A DNA stretch of 64,000 nt, taken from positions 1-64,000 of the forward strand of contig CAUYUJ010000070.1 of assembly GCA_963575745.1 (NCBI GenBank), written 5' to 3'. Below the pieces are notes generated by a model. It saw nothing but the letters and a program-made list of their open reading frames with translations, did no database searches and was not told the DNA's origin. Source of the stretch: Prorocentrum cordatum (taxonomy: Eukaryota). Numbering within the stretch: position 1 is the first letter of the stretch; each line of letters starts with the position of its first letter. Positions 1 through 12,187 of the stretch are shown one piece after another. The position numbers were made by a program, and so were the translations under genes.

Positions 1-62
<62 letters not shown>

Positions 63-138
63 TAGAGAGAGAGGAAGAGAAAAATAGAGAGAGAGAGAGA
101 AAAGAGAGAGAGAGTGAGAGAGAGAGATACAAAGAGAT

Positions 139-193
<55 letters not shown>

Positions 194-310
194 GAGAGAG
201 AGAGAGACGAGAGCGAGAAAGAAGAGAGGAGATGAGAGAGGGAGAGACGAGAGAGAGAGACGAGAGGAGAGAAAGAGGAGGAGAACAAAACAAAAAGAAG
301 AAAGAGAGAT

Positions 311-357
<47 letters not shown>

Positions 358-370
358 GAGAGAGAGAGAT
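1..370. repeat. (GA)n microsatellite
   Basis: Nearly pure GA dinucleotide run with A-rich interruptions. Confidence 0.97.
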
Positions 371-384
371 CTAACAACAAAAAA

Positions 385-3040
385 AGAACTTCCGCATTCA
401 ACGCAACACCCAGTACTCAACAACGTCCGTCTCCAACGCAACACTCCGCACTCAACAGCCCCAGTTTCCAACGCAACGCCCAGTTTTCAACGACATTTCG
501 TTGTAATTAGACATGTTTAGGAGTTCTGCTCAGATCCCGATCCGCCCGCCGCCCACCCGCCCGCCGCCCGCCCGCCCCCCGCTGCCCGCCCGCCGTGTTT
601 CTGCGTTCAACCCAACACCCAGCACGAACAGCGCCCGTCTCCAACGCATTGCCCATCACTCAACGACCCCCATCTCCAACGCAGCACCCTGTACTCAACA
701 GCATCCCGCTGCAAGAGAAACTCCTGCGGAGTTGCGTTCGAATCCCGATCCGCCCGCAGCCCGCCTGTCCGCCGCTCGCCCCCCGCCGCTCGCCCGCCGT
801 GCTTGCGCATTCAACGCAGCGCCCAGCGCCCAGCAACGTTCGTCCTCAACGCGACGCCCGGCATTCAACGGCATCCCGCTGCAAGAGAGAATCCACCGGA
901 GTTTTATTGGATTCCCAAGTCGCCACGTCCGTCTCCAACGCCAAACCCGGAGCCCCCGTCTCCGACGCGACGCCCAGTACCCAACGGCACCCCGCTGCAA
1001 GAGAGAAATAGTCCTTAGGATTTCTGTTCAAATCCCAATCCGCCCGCCCGCCGCCCGCCCGCCCGACCGCCGCCCGCTCGCCGCCCGCCCCCCGCCGCCC
1101 GCCCGCCGTGCTTCCGCGGTCAACGCAGCGCCGAGCATTCAACGGCCCCCCTCTCCAATGCAAGGCCCACTACTCGACAGCCCCCGTTTCCAACGCAACA
1201 CCCGGTGCTCAACGGCGTCCATCTGCAAGGGGGATTCCTTGCGATTTCTGTTCGAATCCCGATCCACTCGCCGCCCGCCCGCCCGCCGCCCGCCCGCCCC
1301 CCCCCCGCCCATTCGCCGCGCTTCCGCGTTCCACCAATGTCCAGCATTCAAAAGCGCCCGCCTCGAACGCAATTCCGGCTGCTCAAAAGCCCCCGTCTCC
1401 AACGTAACACCTAGTATTCAACGGCGTCCCGCTGCGAGAGACACTCCTCAGGAGTTCGATTAAATCCTGGCGCGCCCGCCCGCCGCCCGCCCCTCGCCGC
1501 CCGCCCGCCGCGCCTCCGCGTTCGTCGCAGCATTCAGTACTCAACGCTGTCCGGCTCCAACGCAAGACCCAGTGCTCGACGGCCTCCGTCCGCCGCCCGC
1601 CCGCCGCCCGCCCTCCGCCGCCCGCCCGCCCCGTTTGCGCGCCCAACGCAACGCGCAGTTTTCAAGATTGCCCATCTCCAACACAGCACCCAGTTTTCGA
1701 CGGCCCCTGTCTCCGACGCAGCGCCCGGCATTCGACAGCATCTGTTCAAGTTCCGATCCGAATGCCGCCCGCCCGCCCGCCGCCCGCCCGCCCCCCCGCC
1801 GCCCGTTCGCCGTGCTTTTGCGTTCAACACAACGCCCAGTACTCGACGTCGCCCGTGTCCAACACGACGCCCAGCACTCAACCCCGGCCCCGTCTCCAAC
1901 GCGACGCCCAGTGCTCAGCGGCATTTCGCTGCAAAAGAGAATCCTTAAGAGTTTCGTTTAAATCCCGATCCGCCCGCCCGCCGCCCGCCCCCCGCCGCCC
2001 GCCCGCCGCGTTTCCGCTTTCAACGCAACGCCCAGCACTCAACAGCGTCCGTCTCCAACACAACGCCCAGCACTCGACAATTGCCGTCTCCAACCCCCGT
2101 CTCCAACGCAACGTCCAGTACTCAATGGCACGCAGCTGCAAGGGGGATTCCTTAGGGGTTGCGTGCAAATCCCGATCCGCCGCCCGCCCGCCCGCCCGCC
2201 GTCCGCCCGCCGTGCCTCCGCGCTCAAACCAACGCCCAGCACCCAACAGCGCCCGTTCCCAACGCAACACCCAGTACTCGACAGCTTACGTTTTCAACGC
2301 GACACCCAGCGTTCAACGGCATCCCGCTGCAAGAGAGAATCCCCATAAGTTCCATTCAATTCCCGGCCCGCCCGCTCGCCGCCCAACCTCCGCCGCCCGC
2401 CCGCCATGCTTTCGCGCGCAACGCAGCGCGCAGTACTCAACAGTTCCGGGCTCCAACGCGACGCCCGGCACTCAACGGCATCCCGTTGCAAGACAGAAAG
2501 AATCCCTACGAGTTCTGCTAAATCCCGATCCGCCCGTCCGCCGCCCGCCCGACCGCCGCCCGCCCGCCGCCCGCCCTCGCCGCCCGCCCGCCGCGTTTCC
2601 GCATTCAACATAACGCCCAGCAGTCAGCAGCGCCCGTCTCCAATGCAACAAACAGCACTCGACAGCTCCCGTCTCCAACGCAGCACCTGGCGCTCAACGG
2701 CATCCCGCTGCAAGAGAGACCCCCCAGGATTGTCGCTCAAATCCCGATCCGCCCGCCGCCCAGTCGCCCGCCGCTTTCCGCGTTCGACGCGACGCGTCGC
2801 CCGCGTCGAACGCAATTCTTGGCGCTCAACAACCTCCGTCTCCAACGTAAAACCAAGTGCTCAACAGCATCCCGCTGCTAGAGAGAACCCTTCGGAGTTC
2901 TATGACATGCCCGATCCGCCCGCCCGCCGCCCGCCCCCCGCCGCCCGCCCGCCGTTCAGCGCAGCGTCCAGAAATCGATAATCTCGGTCTCCAACGCAAC
3001 GCCCAGTGCCCAACAGCTCCCGTCTCCAGCGCAACGCGTT
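385..3040. repeat. Degenerate ~210-bp satellite built of ~40-bp subunits
   Basis: CCCGATCCGCCCGCC recurs near 536, 744, 1034, 1258, 1963, 2171, 2524, 2742 and 2910. The subunit CAACGCAACGCCCAGCACTCAACAGCGCCCGTCTC recurs between these. Confidence 0.9.
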
Positions 3041-3444
3041 GAGCGCGGGGCTTCAGAACCCCCGAGTCGCGGGAAGTTTTTTCTGGCTTCTCCTGGGCGG
3101 GATTCCAACGTGATATGTTTTTCATTGTGGGGCCCGCCCCTGAAAAAAAAACGCCAGAACAACCCAGAGGTGGGTTTTTGGTTCGAGAGTCCTCGGGGGG
3201 GGGCGCAGAAATAATCTCGTCGCCCAGTGTGTTCAAGGGAGGAGAAACCACCCGGACCGGACAATTGGAGTTTACTAAACGGCTCTGGGCGTTTACTAAA
3301 CAGCCCTGCCCTGTTCGATTCCTTCTTTGGGCGCGTTGACTAAACGGCTTCTCGTGTCGGGGTGGTTACTATCGGGGTGGATTTTCTGCCCTCTAATGTG
3401 GCCCTAGAAATCTCGAGCAGAAAAGCGACCAGAAAACGGAGTTG

Positions 3445-5074
3445 TTCCCAACCATCCTGTGGTGTTGGGTCCTCGTTTTGAAGAGACGTCGCCCCGCGTT
3501 CCTTCCTTCCCGCTGCCCCCCTCCCCGTGGGTGTGCCCGCATGCGTCCCGCACACCCATTTCGGCACACCCCTCACACGTTTCGTGGCCCCATAGGGAGC
3601 TCCACCGAAGGTCCCAGTGGGTGTGCCCGCATGCGTCCCGCACACCATTTCGGCACACCCCTCACACGTTTCGTGGCCCCATAGGGAGCTCCACCGAAGG
3701 TCCCAGTGGGTGTGCCCGCATGCGTCCCGCACACCCATTTTGGCACACCCTTCACACGTTCCGTGGCCCCATAGGGAGCTCCACCGAAGGTCCCAGTGGG
3801 TGTGCCCGCATGCGTCCCGCACACCCATTTCGCACACCCCTCACACGTTTCGTGGCCCCATAGGGAGCTCCGCCGAAGGTCCCAGTGTGTGTGCCCGCAT
3901 GCGTCCCGCACGCCAATTCGGCACACCTCACACGTTTCGTGGCCCCATAGGGAGCTCCACCGAAGGTCCCAGTGGGTGTGCCCGCATGCGTCCCGCACAC
4001 TCATTTTGGCACACCCCTCAACGTTTCGTGGCCCCTAGGGAGCTCCACCGAAGGTCCCAGTGGGTGTGCCCGCATGCGTCCCACACACCCATTTCGGCAC
4101 ACCCCTCAACGTTTCGTGGCCCCATAGGGAGCTCCACCGAAGGTCCCAGTGGGTGTGCCCGCATGCGTCCCGCACACCCATTTCGGCACACCCCTCACAC
4201 GTTTCGTGGCCCCATAGGGAGCTCCACCGAAGGTCCCAGTGGGTGTGCCCGCATGCGTCCCGCACACTCATTTCGGCACACCCCTCACACGTTTCGTGGC
4301 CCCATACGGAGCTCCACCGAAGGTCCCAGTGGGTGTGCCCGCATGCGTCCCGCACACCCATTTCGGCACACCCCTCACACGTTCGTGGCCCCATAGGGAG
4401 CTCCACCGAAGGTCCCAGTGGGTGTGCCCGCATGCGTCCCGTCGTCTTTCTGCCCAGCGGCAAGAGCCTTGCCCGCTATCAGCCAGCCAGCTAGCTCTCT
4501 TTGCTCCGCGCAGTGGACGACCCGCGCGCGTCGCTGGGACCCCTCCGGGGCGACCTGCGCGCGTCGCGGGGACTCCGCGCTGCGCTGCGCCCGCAACCTT
4601 GGACTTTTGAGTGCGCGGGCAAAGAGGGAGTAAAGGAAGGGGAGGAAGCGGGCGCGATCCTCGCCGGTGGGCGCGCCGACATTGGCGTCGCGGCGCGCGG
4701 GCGATGCCGTCGGGGAGTCCCGGGGAAGCTCCTTGCGGCGGCCACGCCCAGCGTCACGAGTACTCAGAGGCAGACATTGTCAAACTATTGACATTCATAC
4801 ACAATTGCGCCACGCTTTGTCATATTCGCATTCATGCACGTAGACTCGTTCGCACGCAGATTCATTCACAGTCAGACGCACGCGCGCAGATTCACCCGCG
4901 CTCAGTCTCCCTACGTACTCAGATCAATCGTTTTCGTTCGCGTTGTGTACCACGCCACTCATGTCGGCACACCCCTAGCACGGTTCGTTGCCTCATAGGG
5001 ATCGCCACCGAAAAAGTGAATCACTATTGCGGTACTCACACCTGTATATGGTTGGGTCCCTCGTCAGGCTAATT
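3445..5074 (+). mobile_element. Helentron/HINE-like non-autonomous element, family A copy 1, with 90-bp satellite array
   Basis: 5' end TT-CCCAACCATCCTGTGGTGTTGGG, then about ten 90-bp monomers and ~540 bp of unique cargo. 3' end ATGGTTGGG-TCCCTCGTCAGGC-TAATTT. The element boundaries are seen directly; the Helentron class is inferred from architecture. Confidence 0.7.
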
Positions 5075-5181
5075 TTTTTTGTTGGGAGGTTGCCCACGGG
5101 GCTTGCGGAAGTATTATTTGTTTCATTGCGGAGGGCCGGAACCCCGGACAACAACGCAGAACGACCTCCGAGATGAGCCTT

Positions 5182-7069
5182 TTCCAAACCATCCTGTGGT
5201 GTTGGGTCCTCGTTTTGAAGAGACGGTGCCCCGCGTCTCCTTCCTCCTCCTCTCCTCCTCCGCCTCCTCTCCCCTCCTATCATCCTCATCGTCATCATCA
5301 TCATCATCATCGTCATCATCATCATTATCATCATCATTATCATCATCATCGTCATCAGCATCAACATCATGGCCGCCATCATAACCATCATCGTCATCAT
5401 CACCATCATCGTCGTCATCACCATCATCGTTGTCCTCGTCGCCATCATCGCACGTTTCGTGGCCCCATACGGAGCTCCACCGAAGGTCCCAGTGGGTGTG
5501 CCCGCATGCGTCCCGCACGCCCATTTTGGCACACCCCTCACACGTTTCGTGGCCCCATAGGGAGCTCCATTTACGGTCCAAGTGGCGCAGCTCGCATGGC
5601 GCCACCGCCCCATTTTGGCACACCCCTCACACGTTTCGTGGCCCCTCAGGGAGCTCCACCTGAGGTCCAAGTGGCGCAGCCCGCATGGCGCCACCGCTCC
5701 ATTTTGGCACACCCCTCACAGATTTCGTGGCCCCTCAGGGAGCTCCTTTTGGCACACCCCTCACACGCTTCGTGGCCTCATAGGGAGCTCCACCTAAGGT
5801 CCACGTGGCGCAGCTCGCATGGCGCCACCGTCCCTTTTTGGCACACCCCTCACACGTTTCGTGGCCCCATAGGGAGCTCCATTTACGGTCCAAGTGGCGC
5901 AGCTCGCATGGCGCCACCGTCCCATTTTGGCACACCCCTCACAGATTTCGTGGCCCCATAGGGAGCTCCATTTACGGTCCAAGTGGCGCAGCTCGCATGG
6001 CGCCACCGCCCCATTTTGGCACACCCCTCACAGATTTCGTGGCCCCTCAGGGAGCTCCACCTGAGGTCCAAGTGGCGCAGTTCGCATGGCACCCCTTCAC
6101 ACGTTTCGTGGCCCCACAGGGAGCTCCATCTCAGGTCCAAGTGGCGCACCCCACATGGCGCCGCAGACCCACTTTGGCACACCCCTCACACGTTTCGTGG
6201 TCCCATAGGGAGGGAGGAGGAGGAGGAGGAGGAGGAGGAGGAAGAGGAGGAGGAGGATGAGGAGGAGGGCGAGGAGGAGGACGAGGAGGAGGAAGAGGAG
6301 GAGGAGGAGGAGGAGCAGGAGGAGGAGGAAGAAGGACCGCCCTGGCCGCTGTCGCCGCCGCCGATGCCGCCGTCGCCGCCGTCGGCGCCGCCGTCGGCGT
6401 CATGCTCGCGGCCCCACAGGCGAACGGGAGAGAGGGTCCCCTCCCCCTCCTCCTCCTTTCCTTCCTCCTCGCTTCCTTCTCTTTGTTGCCCGCGCGCATC
6501 ATCATTGTCCATGCTTGTTGAGTCCACTTAGCTGTGAAGCCATCGATTGCAAAAAAATCCGAACCATCGCGGCGTGTGGCCTGGCCCCGACCGGTGTCTA
6601 GGATTCTTCAGCGACGGGTGTCTCATGGCCTCTCCAACCGTACGAACGGATTCATAAAGCCATGGACATAGATGTTCGTCGTCGTCGTCGTGGTCGTCGT
6701 CGGTGTCGTCGTACTCGTCGTCGTCGTCGTTGTCGCCGTCGTCGCCGCCGTTGTCGTCGTCGTCGTCGTCGTCGTCGACGTCGTCGTCGTGCTGCGTCGT
6801 CGTCGACGTCGTCGTCGTGCCGCTGTCGACGCCGACGCCGCCGCCGCCGCCGTCGTCGTTCATAAGAGCGCGTTCTGATGGGTTGTGTTTCACGTAGTGT
6901 GCTTGCTTTCATGGGCGCCACCTATCGTATTCCTTTGCGTCGTGTACCCCGCCATATTTCGGCATACCCCTCATGCGGTTCGTGGCCCCGTAGGGAGCGC
7001 CACCGAAGAAGGTGCTCACAATTGCGGCACTCACAACTGCATGCGGTTGGGTCTTTCGCCAGGATAATT
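5182..7069 (+). mobile_element. Family A element copy 2 (89-bp monomers plus CAT/GGA/GTC microsatellites)
   Basis: Same head (CCAAACCATCCTGTGGTGTTGGGTCCTCGTTTTGAAGAGAC) and same tail (GGTTGGGTCTTTCGCCAGGATAATTT) as copy 1. Confidence 0.7.
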
Positions 7070-8204
7070 TTTGGTTGGGGGGTGCGCCGAGCGATTTTCA
7101 TAAATAGTTTTGTTTTCAGTTGTGGGGCCCCGGAACTCCCGAACAACCCCTCGAGAAAACCCCGAGTTGGTTTTTGTTGGGGGAATTTGCCCGGGGGGGG
7201 GGGAACTATCGCTGCTGCTTTTGCGCGCGGGTCCCCAGAACCACCGAGAAACATCTGCAAAACGGAACTGGGGGCTTGGAGGTGATTCGAAGGTTATATA
7301 TATGATTATTTTTTATTGTTTTTTTATTTAGTTTTGTTTCAAAGTATGCTGGCCCAGAGCCCGCGAAACAATATTGAAGAAAAAACGATTATTTAGGTTT
7401 TCTCGCGAGCCCCCCCCCCCCCACCCCCGGCGCCGGGGGGAGGGGCTCGGGGCGTTCGAGGGGGATTTGTGGAACCCGACATATCAAAGCAACATCACAC
7501 TTGGCACAAATAGCAACAACGAGAACATAACAGGAAAAAAGCAGAGCTTTTTTTATCTGTTTGTTTCCCCCCTGGGGCTTCCGGAGGGCCCAGAACAGCA
7601 GAACAGCCTTGTTCGTGATCATGGGCCCCCCGGGGCCCAGAAACAAGAACGCGCAACAAATAGCAAGAGTTGGAACATTGTTTTTATTTGTGGGCCCCCA
7701 GAATCCTTTGGGGGAAAAAAGAAACAGAGTTGGGTGATTTGTCTTTGGTTTTCCCCCGCGGAAGAAACATCCCCCGTGGAAAAACCCCCGACGCGCCCCA
7801 GGAACATAGAACAACAAATTTGGGTTGTTGTCGGAAGTTTAAGTTCCCCGCGGGATGTTCTAAGATAGCGTGGTTTTTAATTGCGGGGCCCCAGAACCCT
7901 TGGGGGCCAACCGAAACAAATCCGAGATGGGGGGGGGCGGGGTCGGGGTTCCCCCCCGAAGAACAAAAACAACTGTTGAACAACCCCTGACTTGGGAGGT
8001 GTCCTGGCGGGTTTTCTGGAATCGCTTCGCTTTTAAAATGGTGGGCCCCAGAACCCTTTTGACAAAAAAGATTCGTGAGAACTCGCAGGGAAAAACATTC
8101 GTTTGTTGATTTGGGCGCCCCCGGGGAGTTGTCATATACATCATTGTTTTTAATTGCGGGGCCGGAAGCCCAGCGGAGAGACAGAGAGAGAGAGAGATAA
8201 GAAA

Positions 8205-10358
8205 AATTAGCCTGACGAGGGACCCAACCATATGCAGGTGCGAGTACCGCAATAGTGATTCATTTTTTCGGTGGCGATCCCTATGAGGCAACGAACCGTG
8301 CTAGGGGCGTGCCGACATGAGTGGCGTGGTACACAAAGTGAACGAAAACGATTGATCTGAGTACGTAGGGAGACTGAGCGCGGGTGAATCTGCGCGCGTG
8401 CGTCTGACTGTGAATGATCTGCGTGCGAGCGAGTCTACGTGCATGAATGCGAATATGACAAAGCGTGGTGCAAATGTGTATGAATGCCAATAGTTTGACA
8501 ACGACTGCCTCTGAATACTCGTGACGCTGGGCGTGGCCGCCGCAAGGAGCTTCCCCGGGACTCCCCGACGGCATCGCCCGCGCGCCGCGACGCCAATGTC
8601 GGCGCGCCCCCCCGCGAGGATCGCGCCCGCTTCCTCCCCTTCCTTTACTCCCTCTTTGCCCGCGCACTCAAAAGTCCAAGGCTGCGGGAGCAGCGCAGCG
8701 CGGAGCCCCCGCGACGCGCGCAGGTCACCCCGGAGGGGTCCCAGCGACGCGCGCGGGTCGTCCACTGCGCGGAGCGAAGAGAGCTAGCTGGCTGGCTGAT
8801 AGCGGGCAAGGCTCTTGCCGCTGGGCAGAGCGACGACGGGCGAGCGAGGCGCTGGGCGGAACGCAGCACGGAGCCCCCGCGACGCGCGCAGGTCGCCCCG
8901 GAGGAGTCCCAGCGACGCGCGCGGGTCGCCCGCTGCGCGGAGCAAAGAGAGCTAGCTGGCTGGCTGGGACCTGCGGTGGGGCTCCATATGGGGCCACGTA
9001 ACGCTGTACTGGGCAAAGGAGACGCATGTGGACTGCGCCACGGGGACCTTCGGTGGAGCTCCCTATGGGGCCACGAAACGTGTGAGGGATGTGCCGGAAT
9101 GGGTGTGCGGGACGCATGCGGGCACACCCACTGAGACCTTCGGTGGAGCTCCCTATGGGGCCACGAAACGTGTGAGGGGTGTGCCGGAATGGGTGTGCGG
9201 GACGCATGCGGGCACACCCACTGGGACCTTCGGTGGAGCTCCCTATGGGGCCACGAAACGTGTGAGGGGTGTGCCGAAATGGGTGTGCGGGACGCATGCG
9301 GGCACACCCACTGGGACCTTCGGTGGAGCTCCCTATGGGGCCACGAAACGTGTGAGGGGTGTGCCGAAATGGGGTGCGGGACGCATGCGGGACACCCACT
9401 GGGACCTTCGGCGGGCTCCCTAGGGCCACGAAACGTGTGACGCGAATGCGGTGTGCGGGACGCATGCGGCACACCCCTGAGACCTTCGGTGGAGCTCCCT
9501 ATGGGGCCACGAAACGTGTGAGGGGTGTGCCGAAATGGGTGTGCGGGACGCATGCGGACGGCAGCCATGGGGCCTTCGGTGGAGCTCCCTATGGGGCCAC
9601 GAAACGTGTGAGGGGTGTGCCGAAAGGGGTGTGCGGGACGCTTGCGGACGGCAGCACTGGGGCCTTCGGTGGAGCTCCCTGTGGGGCCACGAAACGTGTG
9701 AGGGGTGTGCCGAAATGTGTGTGCGGGACGCATGCGGACGGCAGCCATGGGGCCTTCGGTGGAGCTCCCTGTGGGGCCACGAAACGTGTGAGGGGTGTGC
9801 CGAATGGAGTGGCTGCCGAATGGAGTGTGCGGGACGCACATGGCGGGCACACCAATGCGGACCTTCGGGGGAGCTTTCCCTATGGGGCCACGAAAGTGTG
9901 AGGGGGTGTGCCGAAAATGGGGTGCGGGAGCATGGCGGGCACACCACGGGACCTTCGGTGGAGCCCCCTATGAGGGACACGAAACGTATGAGGGTGCTTG
10001 TGCCGAAATGGGTGTGCGGGACGCATGCGGGCACACCCCACTGGGACCTTCGGTGGAGCTCCCTATGGGGCCACAAAACGTGTGAGGGGTGTGCCGAAAT
10101 GGGTGTGCGGGACGCATGCGGGCACACCCACTGGGACCTTCGGTGGAGCTCCCTATGGGGTCACGAAACGTGTGAGGGGTGTGCCGACATGGGTGGTGAT
10201 AATGATGATGACGACAGATGATGATGACGATGACGATGATGGGGATGATGACGATGATGATGAAGATGGGAGGAGGGAGGGGGCAGCGGGAAGGAAGGAA
10301 GGAACGCGGGGCGACGTCTCTTCAAAACGAGGACCCAACACCACAGGATGGTTGGGAA
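8205..10358 (-). mobile_element. Family A element copy 3 (inverted; shares cargo with copy 1)
   Basis: Reverse-complement head at ~10310-10358 and tail at ~8205-8260. 8205-8830 is a near-identical reverse complement of 4440-5074. Confidence 0.75.
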
Positions 10359-10693
10359 CAAAAGAAAAAACAACAAACCAAATTTTGTTTTTTGAGTTGT
10401 TTTCCGGGGTTTCCATCCCTGGGGGGGAACAACAAAACAACAGCAAACATCGAATAACCAGCAGACAACTTCAGAAAACAAGCGCCAGAGTTGTTTTTTT
10501 GCTCCGAGGGTTTCCCGGGGTGGTCTGAAAGAGTATCTTATTCATTTGTGGGGCCGAACACATTCAGAAAAACTTCTGATTTTTTGTGAAAAACTATTGT
10601 TTTGGGTGTTTCCGGGGAGTTGTTTGACATGGTATTGTTTTTAATCGTGTGGCCGAACACCTCCCGACAGAAAAAATACTTCCGAGCTGTTTG

Positions 10694-12187
10694 TTCCCAA
10701 CTATCCTGTGGTGTTGGGTCCTCGTTTTGAAGAGACGTCGCCCCGCGTTCTCCTCCTCCTCTCCTCCACCCCCCTCCTCCCTCCTCCCCCTCCCGCGCCC
10801 ATTCTGGCACACCCATCACACGTTTCGTGGCCCCGTAGGGAGCTCCACCGAAGACCCCAGTGGCTGCGCCCGCATGCGGTTCCACCCCCCATTCTGGCAC
10901 ACCCCTCATACGCTTCGTGGCCCCATAGGGAGCTCCACCGAAGGCCCCAGTGGCTGCGCCCGCATGCGGTTCCACCCCCCATTCTGGCACACCCCTCACA
11001 CGTTTCGTGGCCCCATAGGGAGCTCCACCGAAGGCCCCAGTGGCTGCGCCAGCATGCGGTTCCACCCCCCATTCTGGCACACCCCTCGCACGCTTCGTGG
11101 CCCCATGGGGAGCTCCACCGAAGGCCCCAGTGGCTGCGCCCGCATGCGGTTCCACCCCCCATTCGGGCACACCCCTCACACGTTTCGTGGCCCCATAGGG
11201 AGCTCCACCGAAGGCCCCAGTGGCTGCGCCCGCATGCGGTTCCACCCCCCATTCTGGCACACCCTTCACACGTTTCGTGGCCCCACAGGGAGCTCCACCG
11301 AAGGCCCCAGTGGCTGCGCCCGCATGCGGTTCCACCCCCCATTCTGGCACACCCCTCACACGTCTCGTGGCCCCATAGGGAGCCCCGCCGAAGGCCCCAG
11401 TGGCTGCGCCCGCATGCGGTTCCACCCCCCATTTTGGCCCACCCCTCACACGCTTCGTGGCCCCATAGGGCGCTCCACCGAAGGCCCCAGTGGCTGCGCC
11501 CGCATGCGGTTCCACCCCCCATTCTGGCACACCCCTCACACGTTTCGTGGCCCCATAGGGAGCTCCGCCGAAGGCCCCCAGTGGCTGCGCCCGCATGCGG
11601 TTCCACCCCCCATTCTGGCACACCCCTCACACGTTTCGTGGCCCCATAGGGAGCTCCACCGAAGGCCCCAGTGGCTGCGCCCGCATGCGGTTCCACCCCC
11701 CATTCTGGCAGACCCCTCACACGTTTCGTGGCCCCATAGGGAGCTCCACCGAAGGCCCCAGTGGCTGCGCCCGCATGCGGTTCCACCCCCCATTCTGGCA
11801 CACCCCTCACTCACACGTTTCGTGGCCCAATAGGGAGCTCCACCGAAGGCCCCAGTGGCTGCGCCCGCATGCGGTTCCACCCCCCATTCTGGCATACCCC
11901 TCACACGCTTCGTGGCCCCATAGGGAGCTCCACCGAGCGCCCCAGCGGCTGCGCTCGCATGCGGTTCCACCTCGCATTCTCGCACACCCCTCACACGCTT
12001 CGTGGCCCCATAGGGAGCTCCACCGAACGCCCCAGTGGTTGCGCTCGCATGCGGTTCCCCCCCCCCCCATGTCGGCACACCCTTCACTCGTTTCGTGGCC
12101 CGGGGGGCCGCCACCGATTGAATATTATCCACACTCTTGCGCGGTATTCAAAACTACGTATGGTTGGGGTCTTCGTCCAGGCTAATT
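10694..12187 (+). mobile_element. Family A element copy 4 (90-bp monomers)
   Basis: Head at 10694, about 14 monomers with variable segment CTGCGCCCGCATGCGGTTCCACCCCCCATTCTGG, tail ATGGTTGGGGTCTTCGTCCAGGCTAA. Confidence 0.72.
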
